49,709 bases of DNA from Phoronis australis (lineage: Eukaryota > Animalia > Phoronida). The translations under genes and the position numbers were made by a program. The notes beneath the pieces are model-generated. The model was not told the DNA's origin. It saw only the letters and a list, made by a program, of their open reading frames with translations, and did not search any database. The DNA lies in assembly GCA_002633005.1 (NCBI GenBank), contig NMRA01000309.1:354682-404390 (forward strand). Direction: 5' to 3'. This document shows positions 1 to 14,300 of the stretch, in pieces. Positions within the stretch are counted from its first letter, which is position 1. Each line of letters opens with the position of its first letter.

Positions 1-1104
1 TGGTCGGCACACCAGTACAGCAGACAATAGATCAACGCTAAGCTCCGCCCACGTGACAGCCATATTTGTTTTGGTCGTCTGTCGTGCATCACAAGTTCGA
101 AAAAATGATTAAAATTACGCTGTAAACAAACAGGTATGTCACATTTTCTAAATATGAAGTAAATATCAGCTTTATTTCTAGTACTTCAACAAAAATTGGA
201 ACATAATGACCACGCATTCTGAACGAAATTTGATCTCAAGTGGCAATCGATGACCGCTTAACTTCAAAGCCGTTTTTCTCGGCTCGTGATTTCAGGATAG
301 TGACACGATTCTCAGGCCTATTTTTCCACAACACGTTGGTCAATTTTAACGAAAGTTGCAAATTTGAAACCCTCTTGGACTGTAGTAAAATCGCGTGCCA
401 GGGTTTTTTGATAAATGGACCAGATTTTTAGTTATTAGACGGAAAGTGACGAAATGACAAAAAGTGGCGTGCTTGCCCCAACTCACACACAAAAAATGCC
501 ACAAAATCAAGATCATAATGATTTTGTACATATATTTGGTATGGATAAGTAGAATATTGCGTAAGGAAATAGTTGATGATGATCCCTGTGCATTTTGAAA
601 AAAAATTCGAGGTAAAATTGGATTTGTTGAAAATTAAAAAATACGATTTTTTAAAAAAACGAATTACAAAAAAACATTTTTTTTTTGATTTTTGTCACTT
701 TCAGAGTCATGTCTAACTAGTTAAAACTCCCTTTTTACTCATTTTAGTTAGGAACCTGGAGATTTGATCAGTGTATACACCTACCTTAATAGAATTTGGA
801 GGGTTGGCAAAACCATTGTCACATTTCTCTGGCCTGATTTTTTCGAATATATGTTTTATCTAGTGCACTTCAGACGGAAACTCAGCGCGGCAGACAAAGT
901 CACTGAAAGCGGAGGTTTTGACGCGTTCTTAAACTTTGCAAACAAGGGAAGAAAATAAAGTGACAATAAGGTTCAAGTATTATATTTTGAAGTGAGTTCA
1001 TGACCCAAGACAATAACTCGTTACCTGTATTGTAATTCAGATTGCTAAACCACTGTCTCGGAGTCCCAGCGTCGTTGCACTCATTGTGATCATCGATCTT
1101 TTTC

Positions 1105-1327
1105 TAAAAGTCGGGGAATCGCGCGTTTCCTTAGCAATAGGCGCTAAATCTTCATTCTTTAAAAGTCGGGGATGGGCGCTTAACCGAGAGGAGGGCGCTT
1201 AACTGGAAATCTTCAAAAATCGCAGGGGGGCGCTTAACCGAGCAGTGGGCGGTTAAATCGAAAATCCACTTAAAGTCGGGGATGGGCGGTTAACTGAGCA
1301 TGGGCGTTAACCCGAACGATTACAGTA
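1105..1327. mobile_element. Right end of a Tc2/pogo-like element: TIR, subterminal repeats and TA
   Basis: About 7 copies of gggcg(c/g)ttaac(c/t)g end in gggcgttaacccgaacgattacag|TA. The reverse complement (tactgtaatcgttcgggttaacgccc) matches 48002-48027 at 24 of 26 nt. The element body probably extends towards the window start. Confidence 0.75.
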
Positions 1328-4300
1328 CATTGTGTATTTATTTCTGAGTTGAAAGGGCCAACTTATCTCTTTCATTAACTGGGGTGTCCTAGTAATCTTA
1401 CAATGTGGGAGTCCAAAGGAGAAATTCTGATTGACAGTGGGTCCAAATGATACATTGGGCATCCTTGCCAGGGCGTCCAGATTAGTGCTAGGACATAGGC
1501 TGCATGAAGGCCTGCGTATATGTAAAACAGTGTCAATTATCATGACCCACATAACTACCGTACTTAGGAAATTCTTGTTAGAGTGCACATTTGCTCAGCC
1601 GACGTTTCTGCCAGATTTAAAGGTACACTTCCTACCTGAAATTTGAACGCAACGTGATGTTTTCTTCACTCAAACAACAGTTTGCGTGTGTAGAACAGCA
1701 ACTGAACAGGGAAGCAGATGACTCAGTCTTCAGCTTCAGTTAAAGGCAGTTATGGCCACAGACACATTATGAGTAGACTTCCAGTCAAGTTATTCGTTTC
1801 ACAGATCTTGCATTCTACACTTTCATCTCAACTGAGGTGCACATCGAGGTGTTGCAAACACACAATTGCCCAAACATAAAAAGTCCACCATACCTAATTC
1901 CAACAGTGTTAAACATAGCTTGAAACCATGGTTAGACATAAGATTAGCTCAATAGTCCTGAAACTGGACCAGATACACTACACTATAATCTGCACAAGTA
2001 CAGTCAATGTCTTTCTTTGAATGTGATCTTCGCAACAACTGTACTTGTATACTTTGCACATAAACTGCTGGTAAAAAACATTACTAAGAGCCTATATGTA
2101 GTTTTAAGACAAATACCCTAAAATTCCGCAGACAATAAATCTTCTAATAACAGCCAAGTAGGTTTTTACAAGAGAGCAGTCATTTATTTACTAGACCAAA
2201 ACTACAAACAGAAAAATCACTGTTGAAAATCGCTCACTAACGTTATCACAGCTCCTTATAATTTCATGTTGGTTGCTAAAAAGTAGAAGACTCAAGTTTA
2301 CTGAACACATGGCACTTACCAATTTGGGGGAACCTAATACCCAGCTTGTACTGGAGACTGGCCTCAATGGTTAATTTTAGAAGATTTATAGTACAAGCCA
2401 GGAATTAGCCCATGAATATGCTTCGTTTCCAAAAATTATTTGAAAATGCAACGTTCCTCACTATAATGCAGCAGAATAGACCATGCTGTTATTTTTTCAT
2501 ATAAAGCAGGTCATTTTTCTTTACTTTTCTGCCAATCAGCCTTCATCGCAAACTCTGTGGAAACAATAACATATTAAATGGCCAAAACACCTTTGTAGTC
2601 ATGTCCAGAAAAAACCATTATGATCTTCTGTTTCTTCCATCTTATTAAATGGAACTCTTCAGTTCACTATTTTTGCAGAACCTCAAAACTGTCTTTAAAC
2701 TTGGGAGTACAGATTTTTTCCAAGGTAGTCTCATCTGGTCTACTGCTAGGGCAAAAGACCGCATCAAACACACAGGAAAACATGCACCCAATCCACTAGG
2801 TGGCAGCACTGTAACACCTATTTCTCCAGAATGAAGAGATAGAGAATAAACCCTGTGAAATGATATCTTCGGGGATTTTATATAAAAGTGATCAAGTAAC
2901 GCCAAAAAGCTTGTGTGTAAGCATCACTTTGATTCTCATTAAGAAATCACAAAGTAATGCTCCAGAGAGCAGTAGGGATTAGTGAGTTAAATTTGTTGAG
3001 GACTAAAGCACAAGACTATACTGTAAGCAGTCGTCAGATGAATAAATTCAATAAAAAAGCAACTTATTATGACAAACAACAGATATGTGTGTAAGAATTA
3101 AAACAAAAGCTAAGCCTTATGAGAAATTCATTACACCGTCGAACAGTAAGCAAATGCAGTCAACGGAGCATAAAAACATCAATACAACGCTTCATTGATT
3201 CAACGGATAACTAAAAATGACTTTGGTAAAATCTCAGCACTTTCAGACCAAAACAACAAGAACCAAAATTAGCCTTTTTCATTTTTGAAGGCTTTTAACA
3301 TTATTGTGAATGGCCACAGTTTCTCAAACCATTATGTGCAGGAAGCTGTGGTATAGAACTTTAAAACCATAAAATATTTATTTGATGCTACACATCTTTT
3401 GTGAAAAAACTTCCACTTCATTACAGCCAGCTGCTCAGGGAAAGTCACTGGGGATAGTTATCTGTTATCTGATTTTGTATACCTATCACTATTATAGTGC
3501 CTACATTGACTTTCGTAATAAAGGGCTATTGTGGAGATATTTACACTGTAGGCTTGGGTGACAATAGATATACCTCTGCCTGTTACTAAAGACACCACCA
3601 GGGAAAGCACTACTTTCAGCCAAGCTTAGATATTTAAGCCTATTTCAGTTGGCAGTGTTTTTTTAAACATGTAAATATAACTCTTCATTTTGCTCTGATA
3701 GCGTAAGGCACGCTTATCCTAAGTAAAAAAGAAGGCAGCTGTTGGAAGTTTAAACATTTGAAACGTACATAGCAAAAGGATGTTTTACGAATACCATTCA
3801 TAGCTGGGGCCAGAACAGGACATTAATTTTTAAACTTTGTTTGGTGTCTTATTGTGCAAAGGCCATGTATTCTTATAGTATTAAACTTCATTTTGAAGTC
3901 AAGTTCGGACGCCACATGATACATCGGCTCAGTACTCCCGATAATAGAAAAATAAATAACTGGTACGAATTAAGGATACTCCACAAAAAAATATGTAGGA
4001 CCCGTCTACACTCAGATTGTACAGCTCTCTGTTCCCCGTTAGTAGACTCAATCAATCGCGAGTAACACCGCTGTTCACTTTTAGGCGTAACAACATTCGT
4101 ACTTACCTGGGAGCATTTACAAACAACATTTTGCTTCTCCTTACATGAAACTTAGTAGATTATCCTTACGTAAATGATTAAAAATGAGGTTTTCACCAAG
4201 ATGGAGTTGAAAAGTAATAATACAAACAATATTTTCCTTAACTCAGACTCGGATAGTGGATACATCAAGACATTCTTTTTTCATTATCATGCTCGTATTT

Positions 4301-4501
4301 GGATGAATTATCAATTCTTGTAATTGGTTTTCTATAAATAAACTCGTACAAAACGATAATGGATTTGGATTTAAATCTTTTATTTACATATTCTGTGACT
4401 CAAAACGCAACCACTTGGGTACTGAACACAGTTGTCATCAAAACAATCTAACCTGACAAATCTAAAACATGGTTTCAATACATATCATGCAAAAATAATC
4501 A

Positions 4502-4650
4502 TACTGTAAAAATTTCCAAACTTAGGACAGTCTCCCGAATTTCGGACACCTACATGTATATCCAACCCCAAACAGATTTCTTTTTGATTCTGAAATTTGG
4601 GAAATGGTCGAATTTGGCATTCACCACTATTTCTGAAATTTTGGACTCGT
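4502..4650. mobile_element. Left-end remnant of a second TA-flanked (Tc2/pogo-like) family with aatttcggaca repeats
   Basis: TA|ctgtaaaaatttccaaacttaggaca...cgaatttcggacacc. Related starts at ~8219 (tatggtgaaac...cgggacact...tgggacacc) and ~20820 (tactataaaatctcaccaatttcggaca). The same motif recurs at 49500-49686, ending tacgg|TA. Confidence 0.45.
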
Positions 4651-5644
4651 CAATTTTAGCAGCATTGGCCATTATTCTCACATTTCAGACAGTGCGCTTT
4701 TCCGCATGATCAGGACGTAAATCTCGAAGTTCATCAAGCAACTGATTTACACATCATTTAAACCTGCTGCCGATGTAATGTATTGACTGATATCGCAGTC
4801 TATAGTTACCGAGGTGGATCGCGTTTCCTTGACAGTCGAAACATTTGCCAAGCTGGAACGTGGTTTCATTATGCAAATAAACTGTATACTTTCCGACTTT
4901 CACATAATCACCACAGTGTCACGCTTTGTATTTTTATTAACAGCTACTTAATAAGCACCAGTGATGAGACCAATGTTCTGTGACCAAGTCAGTTTTCAGG
5001 TTCACGGCTTCATTTTTTTTTCTGTGAACCTGCAGCCCATTTTACCTTCCTCCCGGCACCCCGACCTTTGCTTTGCCATGAGCCGAATCGCCAAAACGAT
5101 GTTGTTCAGTATTAAGTAAAACAAATTTTGCGAAATACAAAAATCGCTGTTTATGCTCGTGAGAATTTCCTGTCACTGAATTGAAAATCAGCAACAATCT
5201 TTCAAATAATTGGCAAATTTATCACGAGAATGGTGTTCATATAATATGAATAAAGGGTTCTGAATGGAGAATGTTCACATTTGAAACGTTTATTGACAAA
5301 ACTGAACATATGATTCAAGCCATGTAGTGTGCGTATTAATGCGTCAATGTTAACTGGTCACAAGTTTTTCGTTTCTCGGCAAGTTGTGCATCAATTTTTG
5401 CCGTTCGACGACTGCATATGATCGATTTTAATCAAGATTTAGTAATATGGAACAAAAATTTTAAATAAATGTCTAAATGGTTATGTGTGTGAATTCTATT
5501 CTGATGTCCTCTCAAGGCCTTGTCAATGATTACATAATACTGCACAAGCGATTTGTGCTGTTGGCTGGCTCACTGTAGAGCTATTGTTAGGAAGCCTTTG
5601 TCATGAGCCACCATGGGTAACTGGGGAAGGGAAGCAGTCCATCT

Positions 5645-5756
5645 CTGAGCAGACTGAGCAGGCTGAGCAGGCTGAGCAGACTGAGCAGACTGAGCAGACT
5701 GAGCAGGCTGAGCAGGCTGAGCAGACTGAGCAGACTGAGCAGGCTGAGCAGACTGA
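5645..5756. repeat. Minisatellite, 12 x 9 bp (ctgagcagR)
   Basis: Direct tandem units whose last base follows the order A,G,G,A,A,A,G,G,A,A,G,A. Confidence 0.97.
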
Positions 5757-6234
5757 CCATCCGGTATCTGCCATACTGTGTCTTAAATTAGTGAGATTTC
5801 ATAGTACAAGAAAATTTAAGTGTAAAAACAATGAGCAAACGTTATTGCCTTGGCCTTCAATTCTTCAAGATAAACATAGTTTAGCACCCGTCAAATAACT
5901 GCAGATGAGTTAAAGTAAATCCCAAAATGAACTTGTGCTATTTACACATTAATATTGCAGAGCTTACAAAAATGTTGTTTAAATAATCTCATAAAAACAG
6001 TTCAGAATGTGTTTTACACTGTCAACTCCAATTAATACTGGCCAGTGTTTGCACAGATCTTGAGTAAAGTTGCAGTTCTACGGGTTACCAAGATCAATCA
6101 ATACTACATAGAAATATTAATTAGTAAACATTCAAAGCCTAGATGTAGAATACCAAGACTGACACTGTAGCTGTCAAGTGGATAGAGCTTGTATCATAGA
6201 ATAGTGCACAAAACAAATGTCACAACTTCTATCA

Positions 6235-6546
6235 CTGTGATACCCTTCACACCACATTAGTGCTGTGATACCCTTCACACCACGTTAGTGCTGTGATACC
6301 CTTCACACCATGTTGGTGCTGTGATACCCTTCACACCACATTGGTGCTGTGATACCCTTCACACCACGTTGGTGCTGTGATACCCTTCACACCACGTTGG
6401 TGCTGTGATACCCTTCACACCACATTGGTGCTGTGATACCCTTCACACCACGTTGGTGCTGTGATACCCTTCACACCATGTTGGTGCTGTGATACCCTTC
6501 ACACCACGTTGGTGCTGTGATACCCTTCACACCACATTAGTGCTGT
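6235..6546. repeat. Minisatellite, 11 x 28 bp (ctgtgatacccttcacaccaYRttRgtg)
   Basis: Head-to-tail units with no spacers; they vary at only three positions. Confidence 0.97.
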
Positions 6547-9500
6547 TTACATAGTTAACAGACTGTATCTTGGTTTCAAAACTTTAAAATAACCAACATG
6601 CTAAGTCCACGGTTGGTGTCCCGGGGGGGGGGGGCAAATATACGGAGAGAACTTCGTAAAATTTGTACCATGACACTTGGTTTACATCAAAATCCATAAC
6701 TGGCAAGATTATACAAGTTGTAGGTAGTAAAAGTCACATTTCTAGTTCGATTTTCAGAATTCAAAAATCTAATCCTGTGAACTTTTCACGAACTATTCAA
6801 ATAAGCGATTTAAAAACTTTCAAAATGTAAATTTATGATGGGTGAGATTATCTAGAGAATTATAGCATGAGTAGCCTGAGGCGATGTAATTAACTACAAC
6901 TGCACGGTGTCTTTGATCAATACCAGCAACAAGCAAACGGGTCGAGTTGCCTAATCTCGACTGGTGAGGGTGTCAGGGTAGGATTCTTTTCAAGAAAAAC
7001 AGCCCTTTTACACTTTTCATGAAAAATATGAAAAGTTGCACGAAATGAATGTAGAAAAGTGTAACGATGTTTTGAGATCCCACCATGAACATTTATATTA
7101 TTAAATAACTGAAAATTGATTATGTTGTTGATGCCCTTGTTTTGAAATAAATGTACCAGTTTCTCCTTTTTTGTAAGTTTTACTAAAAGACATGGACATG
7201 AGACCCAATTAATGTCAGATTGGTAAAAAGTTGAAAATCTAATTCTGCAGGCTTTTTACTTTCAGATATATTTCTATCAAGTTAAAATTTATAGTTTTGT
7301 AGATATGCAAACACTTGAGGGATTAAACAAGCTTCTATGAATGTTGAGAGGCGACAGCCTGCGATCAACCGTCAGATGTGATTGGCAAGCTGCTATAAAT
7401 TTGAGATGTGACTGTCATTCTTGAGACAACTGAGTTGACATCAACCTTGTTATGACCAGTACAACAAAAACACATTCCATAATAAGGGATTCTTATGTTT
7501 TCTAGATGCACTCTGAAAAGTTGTCAAACTCCCGGACAGCCCATCTTAGCTCAAATTCAAATGACAATTTCAGATAAAATGATTTATGCACTTTTACACA
7601 AAGCATTGCTGCAACTTTTTTCAATGTTTTAATTTTACATAGGGCACTTATAAAAATTGGCGCTTAAATGACTGACTTTTAAATATCAAATTTTGTATAA
7701 AACTAAAAATGAAAAGACTTAAGTAAGTAATTTTGCAGACTGTTGATAAGCGCAACCAAAGCTATGTTCTCATGACATGACTTGCTAATGCAAGGTATTT
7801 TCTTCATTTGGTGAAATTTTCCACGAGTTTTCGTGTTAATCAAGGTTTTCCAAGTTTTCCATGAGTACCAAATTCAAATTGCAAAAAAAAACAAAAAATA
7901 TATATTATATTCAATTATAGCCTGAAGTAGAACATGTCTAATGTATTCAGACAAAATGGCCCAAAATTCCGAGTCACGACGGATGGGCAGAAGCCAAATT
8001 CACCATCAGAGTTAGTCTCACCTACCCCAGAATGAAGGTGACGTGTAACAGGAAAGTTTAAGAAAGGTGGCAAAGCCATTCTGTAATTACAATTTTGTCA
8101 CCCTAATAGTTCTTACCAGTCATTTTTGTGTTAACAGCATTAGCCATCACGATGTCAAAATGGTACTTTGTAACATTACTTTTGTCAAGTAGTGTATGTG
8201 AAGTGACACTTTTAAGTTATGGTGAAACTTTTCTACTTCGGGACACTCTCTAAAATCTGGGACACCGTGATCCTAACTTACATTAAATATTCTTGATTCT
8301 AAAGATTGGTACAGAGGCAATTTCGACACTTTAGAAATTCCCAAATATCGGACTCAGCGTTTAATTATCAATAGTGTCAGAAAATAAACTTGGCAGTTCA
8401 TAAAATCATAGAAAACAGTCAAACAGCATTTTCACACGTCTCATAATGTGTAGGGTTGAGATGAATATTAATCACTTGTCGGTTATTGTAATTCTTGATC
8501 TTGGGACTGTCAATGAAAAAATGTTTATTTCTACAATTTGGTATACACTTCGAATTTAATGAAATTTTCATTGTCCTTAAAACTGGATAATTTTTAGCGA
8601 AAGCTTCGAGAATTTTACTGCATTGAACCCTGGAAACGTAATTTTTAACTAAAACAATATTTTATTTGCAGTTTCAAAATCTACGCTTAGGCATTAATTT
8701 AGTTATTCAGTATTTTCATGGAATGGTTTTAAGCCAGCCAATATTTTATTAACTTTGACAGCATCAATCATTATGTTAAGAAATTACATTTGAAGGTAAA
8801 GCCCCGTGGTCTCATAATCGGGACGTTGCATTTTCGATGTTTCCGGAAAATGAATTATTTTGTCAATAAGGCAATGGCTATACAAGATCTTATAGTACGA
8901 CTGACCAAGAAATAACATGGTCTAAACAACACAATGACAAAAACAATATGAGTCGCACTCTTACTCATCAAAGTTTTTCGGTTCTCAAAACTGTGTTGAG
9001 CTCCAGGAAATAAATGAGTTTACATCAAAACTGTTTACAGCAAACAAGGCTAACGTCTTTCCCAAAGGGACTATAAAAAATTTATAATTTTTCGGATAAG
9101 ACTTCACGTTAATTTCTTATTAATGTTGTGCGGCGGGAGTTTATTGCATTTTTTCTAGGAATTTTCGTCAGAAGAGGGCTATTGTTTCGGAACAGTTGAT
9201 TCATCTAATTACAGTGGGTAGCCACAGCAGTCCATCATGTAAGAACGGTTATACATGACATTGGTGATGAGGACAGCAGAATGATACAATTGTCACAAAG
9301 GGATCCAGCTCAGTCAGATGGGGTCATCATTCGCAAGGGCAAATCTTGTACAGCTGCTTTTCATATCACAGAAATGTTTTAAGACACGTTAACATGACAA
9401 CAGAATTACATATCATTATTTAACTGAATCAAAGCCTAATGTCACCAAAATCGATTTGATGTGATGACATCTAAAAAAATGAGAAAAGTACTTGTGAGCC

Positions 9501-11038
9501 TATCCTGCTATTTTTGTTCATTTTTCATCATCGATAAAAACTATTTGTTCATTTTATCATCATTTATAGGAGCAATTGTTATGGATACAACTCTGATATT
9601 ACATACTAACATGCAAAAGTTTTTAAATGACTGGATTAGCAGTTCTTACCAGTGAAAAATTAATCCAATATTGATATGGTCAGCCACAGCAAAGTATAGG
9701 AATATTCCAATGTTTTAAGAACCACTACCTAAGAAAGTCAGTTAAAACTACGAGCATGGCAAAGCATAGATTTTAACAGATTTTTTCAATAGAGTGATGA
9801 ACAACCTTCATATTGTGTCTGAAGCAGGTAGCATATTACCGTACCTGTGCCAGCCTCATCAAGTGTTCGGTCACGCAAACGGACATTTACAATCATCAAG
9901 TTTCTCTCACATAAAATGGCAAAACCCTTGCCGATACATACCAACTTTAATGCCGAGTTCAGCTTTAAGCAGCACTTGTCAATCTGTCCAGAGCTCAATG
10001 AACACTTCTAATCTGAGTGAATTGCAAGACGAGGCCATTTCAGCCGTGGTAAGAACACACTAAATTGGCAAAACCTCAGTTCAATGAAAAACAGCTTATG
10101 CACAGACTAAGGAACAGTTCCATGTATTGAGTAGCAGTTGTGACTGTACTGTCTGATGACTACACATCCTTACACCCGTTATCAATACGATCAATCAGCA
10201 AAGTAGGCTGTGGTGTCTCGTATAAAGAAAGAGGGAAACGACAAGAACCCAAACACCAAGGCGAGGTAAAGATTTTTCAGTTTGGGAAATCTTTAAAATT
10301 TGGGATACCAAAATTCAAACCAAAACTGAATTTCTTAGTTGAAAAGATTGGAACATGGGCGATTTTGGGTTTCGCCATATTTCTTACATTGCGTTTTCTA
10401 TCAACAGGCAGACTATGAAAACAGACTCGACAGTTCATACAATTGTCAAAAATGGCCGACAACGCAACATTTCATGCATCCTGATTATGCCAATGATATC
10501 AAGGTGACCTAATCTATCAAAATTGACCATATTTATTGAATTTGGGATAGGCGACATTCAATATTTCTAAAACTTGGAACAAGTTCTGACCTTCAACAAA
10601 CATAATTTAAATTTCCATGATCTCACCAAAATACTAGAAAGGAATATCTTCAATTCCCTGGGCTTTCATTGGATATTAAGCCTGACCTTGAGAAGTACTT
10701 GGTAGCTACAATACATTTTGAACATTTGTCTGAGCCGGAGTGAGCACAGCAATGTCATAAATTGAAAAATTGAAGGGAACGATTAGGTTTATAGTGAACA
10801 AACATTTGTCTATGACACTGCAAAATCCTCAGACAGTGTTTTATTTAGAATCCTTTTCAGTACTAGTATTTTCGTCCTTTCATTCTTTGTTCTCAACTTG
10901 AGGCAATATGGCATGAAAAGTCAACTTCACTAATGACTCTACGTTTGAATGAATAAATCACGTTTCCATCTGCTGCCAAAGTACTGCTTGAACTTATCTG
11001 GGTAGCCTAATACACCTTAACTAATAAGATCCATTTAT

Positions 11039-12387
11039 GGTTATCTCAAAGCCTTATTTAGTGGCCTCGTATATCAAAAATGAGCTTGTCAGTATATATT
11101 TTCTGAAAGGATTATGAAAAAATATGTTTTATATTCATGTGCCATTAATATTACGTTTACACTTTTTAAGTCAAAATTTCAGTATTAAGAAAGGTACATC
11201 CATAGAAAAATAACCCCCTTGGTCGACTTTAATAAAATCTTTTTTAAATGAAAACTTCGCCAGTTATCTCAAAAACGCTGTTAGGAATTTTCAATAAGCC
11301 TTTTAGTTTGGTTTCTATGACAAATCAACATCAGGTATTTTTTGTGAAAATAGCAGTCGTATTCATCTTTGTTACGATACACAAAAACTAAGCCTTTATA
11401 TCAAAAATCCTAACACTGTTTTTGAGATTGATGAATAAATACTAAATTTGGAAAGATTCAACGAAATCCACCAAGCCTTTTTCTAGAACTCGTGTTCCTA
11501 AGTTTAAATGAAGTCGATTTGCCAACGCCGAAAAAAGTCAATGAAGTAATGAAATGTAAAAATCTCAAGGCCTTCGGTTAATTATTTAGTGACATTTTGT
11601 TTTCAGTCAATATAACCTATACATGAAATAACCATGTTCACTATTTCAACATTCACTCTCAATGTCAACTGAATTTTCAGTGTGTAATTAACTTAATTAT
11701 CACTAAACTGTTATTATTTTGTGACCGTCTCCAGTCAAGGTAGGGCCAACTGTTGACCTACTTAAAAGGAGGTCAACAGGTTCACTTTCATACACAGCAT
11801 GTGCCAGGAGAGACTGAAGACATAGGAAATGGACAACAGAAATCAAGTCAGTGGTTAAAGCGCATCATGTGTATGAGATCGAAACATCAAAATGTCAAAT
11901 TATCTATCAAATTAATAAATTTGGGTGAGGATTTATCTCTTTTCACCACTTATTGTGTTTGTGAACACAAAGTCACAGAGGAACGTTCGTTCTTAACAGT
12001 CGTACCCATCCCGACGCACAGCTCGCTCAGGACCAAAACCATGTTTCGTCTTTTTTTCCCGGCATCTTTATATCATAAGTACACCTCGTTGACATAATAT
12101 CATGACGACTAGGTTGATGAAAGGCCTGAGGGTACATACAGAGCTGTTCTATGCCTGGCGGGAGATTCGATTTGAGTGACAGCACTGTAAACTTTGACAT
12201 CAGACAAGTAGTTAACAAATTTCCACGTGGCTGTGCAGTTCCAAGGTGGTTGCGCTAAATCTTTTTTCTTAGTTCCATGGTATATATTTCATATTTAAAG
12301 TTCCTCGAAAACGAAATATGGCATTTTGCTAGACATGTGAAATTTTGTAAAAACGGCCAAGTTTTGTCAATAAGGTTCCAGATATCC
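11039..12387 (+). mobile_element. Kolobok-like non-autonomous DNA transposon, full-length (~1.35 kb)
   Basis: Imperfect TIRs ggttatctcaaagccttatt ... aataaggttccagatatcc, flanked by ttat and TTAA (12388-12391). GG..CC termini at TTAA fit Kolobok rather than piggyBac. Two further copies are in the window. Confidence 0.75.
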
Positions 12388-13136
12388 TTAAGAAGGCCTT
12401 TAATCCATCACAAAATAAGTTCTTGTGTTAAAAACAACAACCTTCTTTACAAGCATATTTTCTCACAAAAGTAATGTAACTGACTTCCTATTCTTTCTTT
12501 GAACTGAAAGTAAATGTCTGACAGTCAGTGTCTTAAGCCACTTTTACACGAGAGACAATTGCCACCATGTCAATTGTCACGGCGTGACTTGCTCCACTTA
12601 AGTCGCACTTACATGGCATTAGATCGCAAACTGTATCCGCATAAGTCACTTACAGAAAGACTGTCTGCGCATGCTCGCATAAACAATAGCGACCTCGAGG
12701 AATGCCAACTGAACACCCCAGTATACACTATTGCGCAAGCGCATTGAAAGATGAACCCTTTCCGCCCTGCCTCAGTTGTGTTTAGACCTGCAGTTGAAAC
12801 TGGAGCAACTGATCAACTCGCTCTACCTTATCAAACTGGTGTCAAAAACTGGCTGCCATGGAGTCACTTACTCCGTGTCAGTCGTGTTAGCACACACACA
12901 CTTCTTCACTGGATCAGCCGCTGCATGCGTTAGCTGCGCCGTGTCAGCTGTGTCTCGTGTAAATTCAGCTTTAAGTTATTGAACCAACCAACCATGACAA
13001 GCAACTTAATGGAGCTGGACTGAAGCAGTAATGACCTGTCAGTTCTTCTCATGTCTAGAAATCGTTCCTAATCTAAGTAAGGAACAAGATGAACACAATA
13101 ACAAAGAGCCTGGCTTGTTGGTGCACAGGTCAATAC

Positions 13137-14300
13137 AACAAGAGCAACGCGGAGCGCTGAAATGTGTCCACGAATGCATTGCTAATGGTGTGCTTTTAGG
13201 GCGCAAAAACGTACAATCCATCCAAAAACGGGAACATGCCATATTTCATAAAAATCTGACAAAGGAACTTCAAAGAAACAAAGGAAAACAGAACAAAATG
13301 AAATTGGCACTTATGGGCACAGCGTCTGTTCCATCCGCCTGAAAGTCGTCGTCTGTTATCTTCATATAAATTCACTTAATAAATTTCATAAAGATCCTGG
13401 AGATACAGCTATGAGCGCAAAACAAAACAAAACTACCACTAGGAGGCACCCCAGTAGTCAGTCGCCATCATCAAAAATCCTCTTCACACTGAAAACATAT
13501 ACCCCAATTTTAAAAAACCATCCCTGGAATGATTTTGTCGATCGAGGCATGGACGCTAAAAACAAGATTTGAAAACAGCAAAAATGCCACCAGGTTGCGC
13601 AAAATACCTCGATTCCATCCAAAAACAGGATGATAGCGTCATCTCACCAATAGATGCCTATATTCAAAATTTTATGAAAATCTGTTGGGACTACTGAAGA
13701 TACAGACTGGTAAACATAAAAAACTAAAATTGCCACTAGGGAGCAAACCAGTAGTCAGATCCGTCCAAAGGTAGTTGTCCATTGTCAACATCATATAAAT
13801 ACATTTGCTAAATTAAGTAAAGATCCTGCAAACGGTTTAATAGATACAGCCATGAGCACAAAAAAAACAAAACTGCCACTAGGAAGCGCCACAGTAGTCA
13901 AACTCATCCGAAAATCGTCGTCAGCTGTCCACTTCATAGTAAAAACATACTTGCAAATTTTCACAATTATCCTGTAAGCGGTTTGGTTGATAGAGTAGAT
14001 GCCAAAAAAGAGACTCGAAAACAGCAAAAATGGCCACTTCGGGCCGCAAACTAAGTCGAATCCATCTGAAAATGGAGATAACTTCACCTCATTAATAAAT
14101 GCCTGTATGCCAAATTTTATGAAAATACCTTGAGGACCTTAGAAAATACAGAGGTAAACGTAAAAAAGTAAAACTACCACTAGGTGGCACACCAGTAGTC
14201 AGATCTGTCTGAAAGTTGTCGTCATCCGTTGTTAACATCATATAAATACACATACTAAATTTATTAAAGATCCTGCGAACGGTTTAGGGGATACAGCCAC
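13137..14300 (-). mobile_element. Second copy of the same HINE/Helentron family, 5'-truncated
   Basis: Colinear with 44123-45263. The minus-strand 3' end reads gtggacacat-ttcagcgctccgcgttg-ctcttgtt (subTIR, hairpin, CTTGTT). It has seven internal repeats and lacks the microsatellite and 5' end. Confidence 0.85.

Noticed and set aside
5584-5898. 104-aa ORF with EQT/EQA repeats
   Set aside because: It is open only because of a stop-free 9-bp tandem repeat; TTG start and no other coding signal.
6235-6546. CRISPR-like 28-bp palindromic repeats
   Set aside because: Units are directly adjacent with no unique spacers, there are no cas genes and the context is eukaryotic; it is a minisatellite.
6621-6634. 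G12 run as a G-quadruplex or element terminus
   Set aside because: A single homopolymer with no partner end or supporting context.
7200-7310. Similarity to 36500-36610 (also 3308-3365 to 30542-30600)
   Set aside because: Short, diverged repeat fragments without definable ends; cannot be classified.
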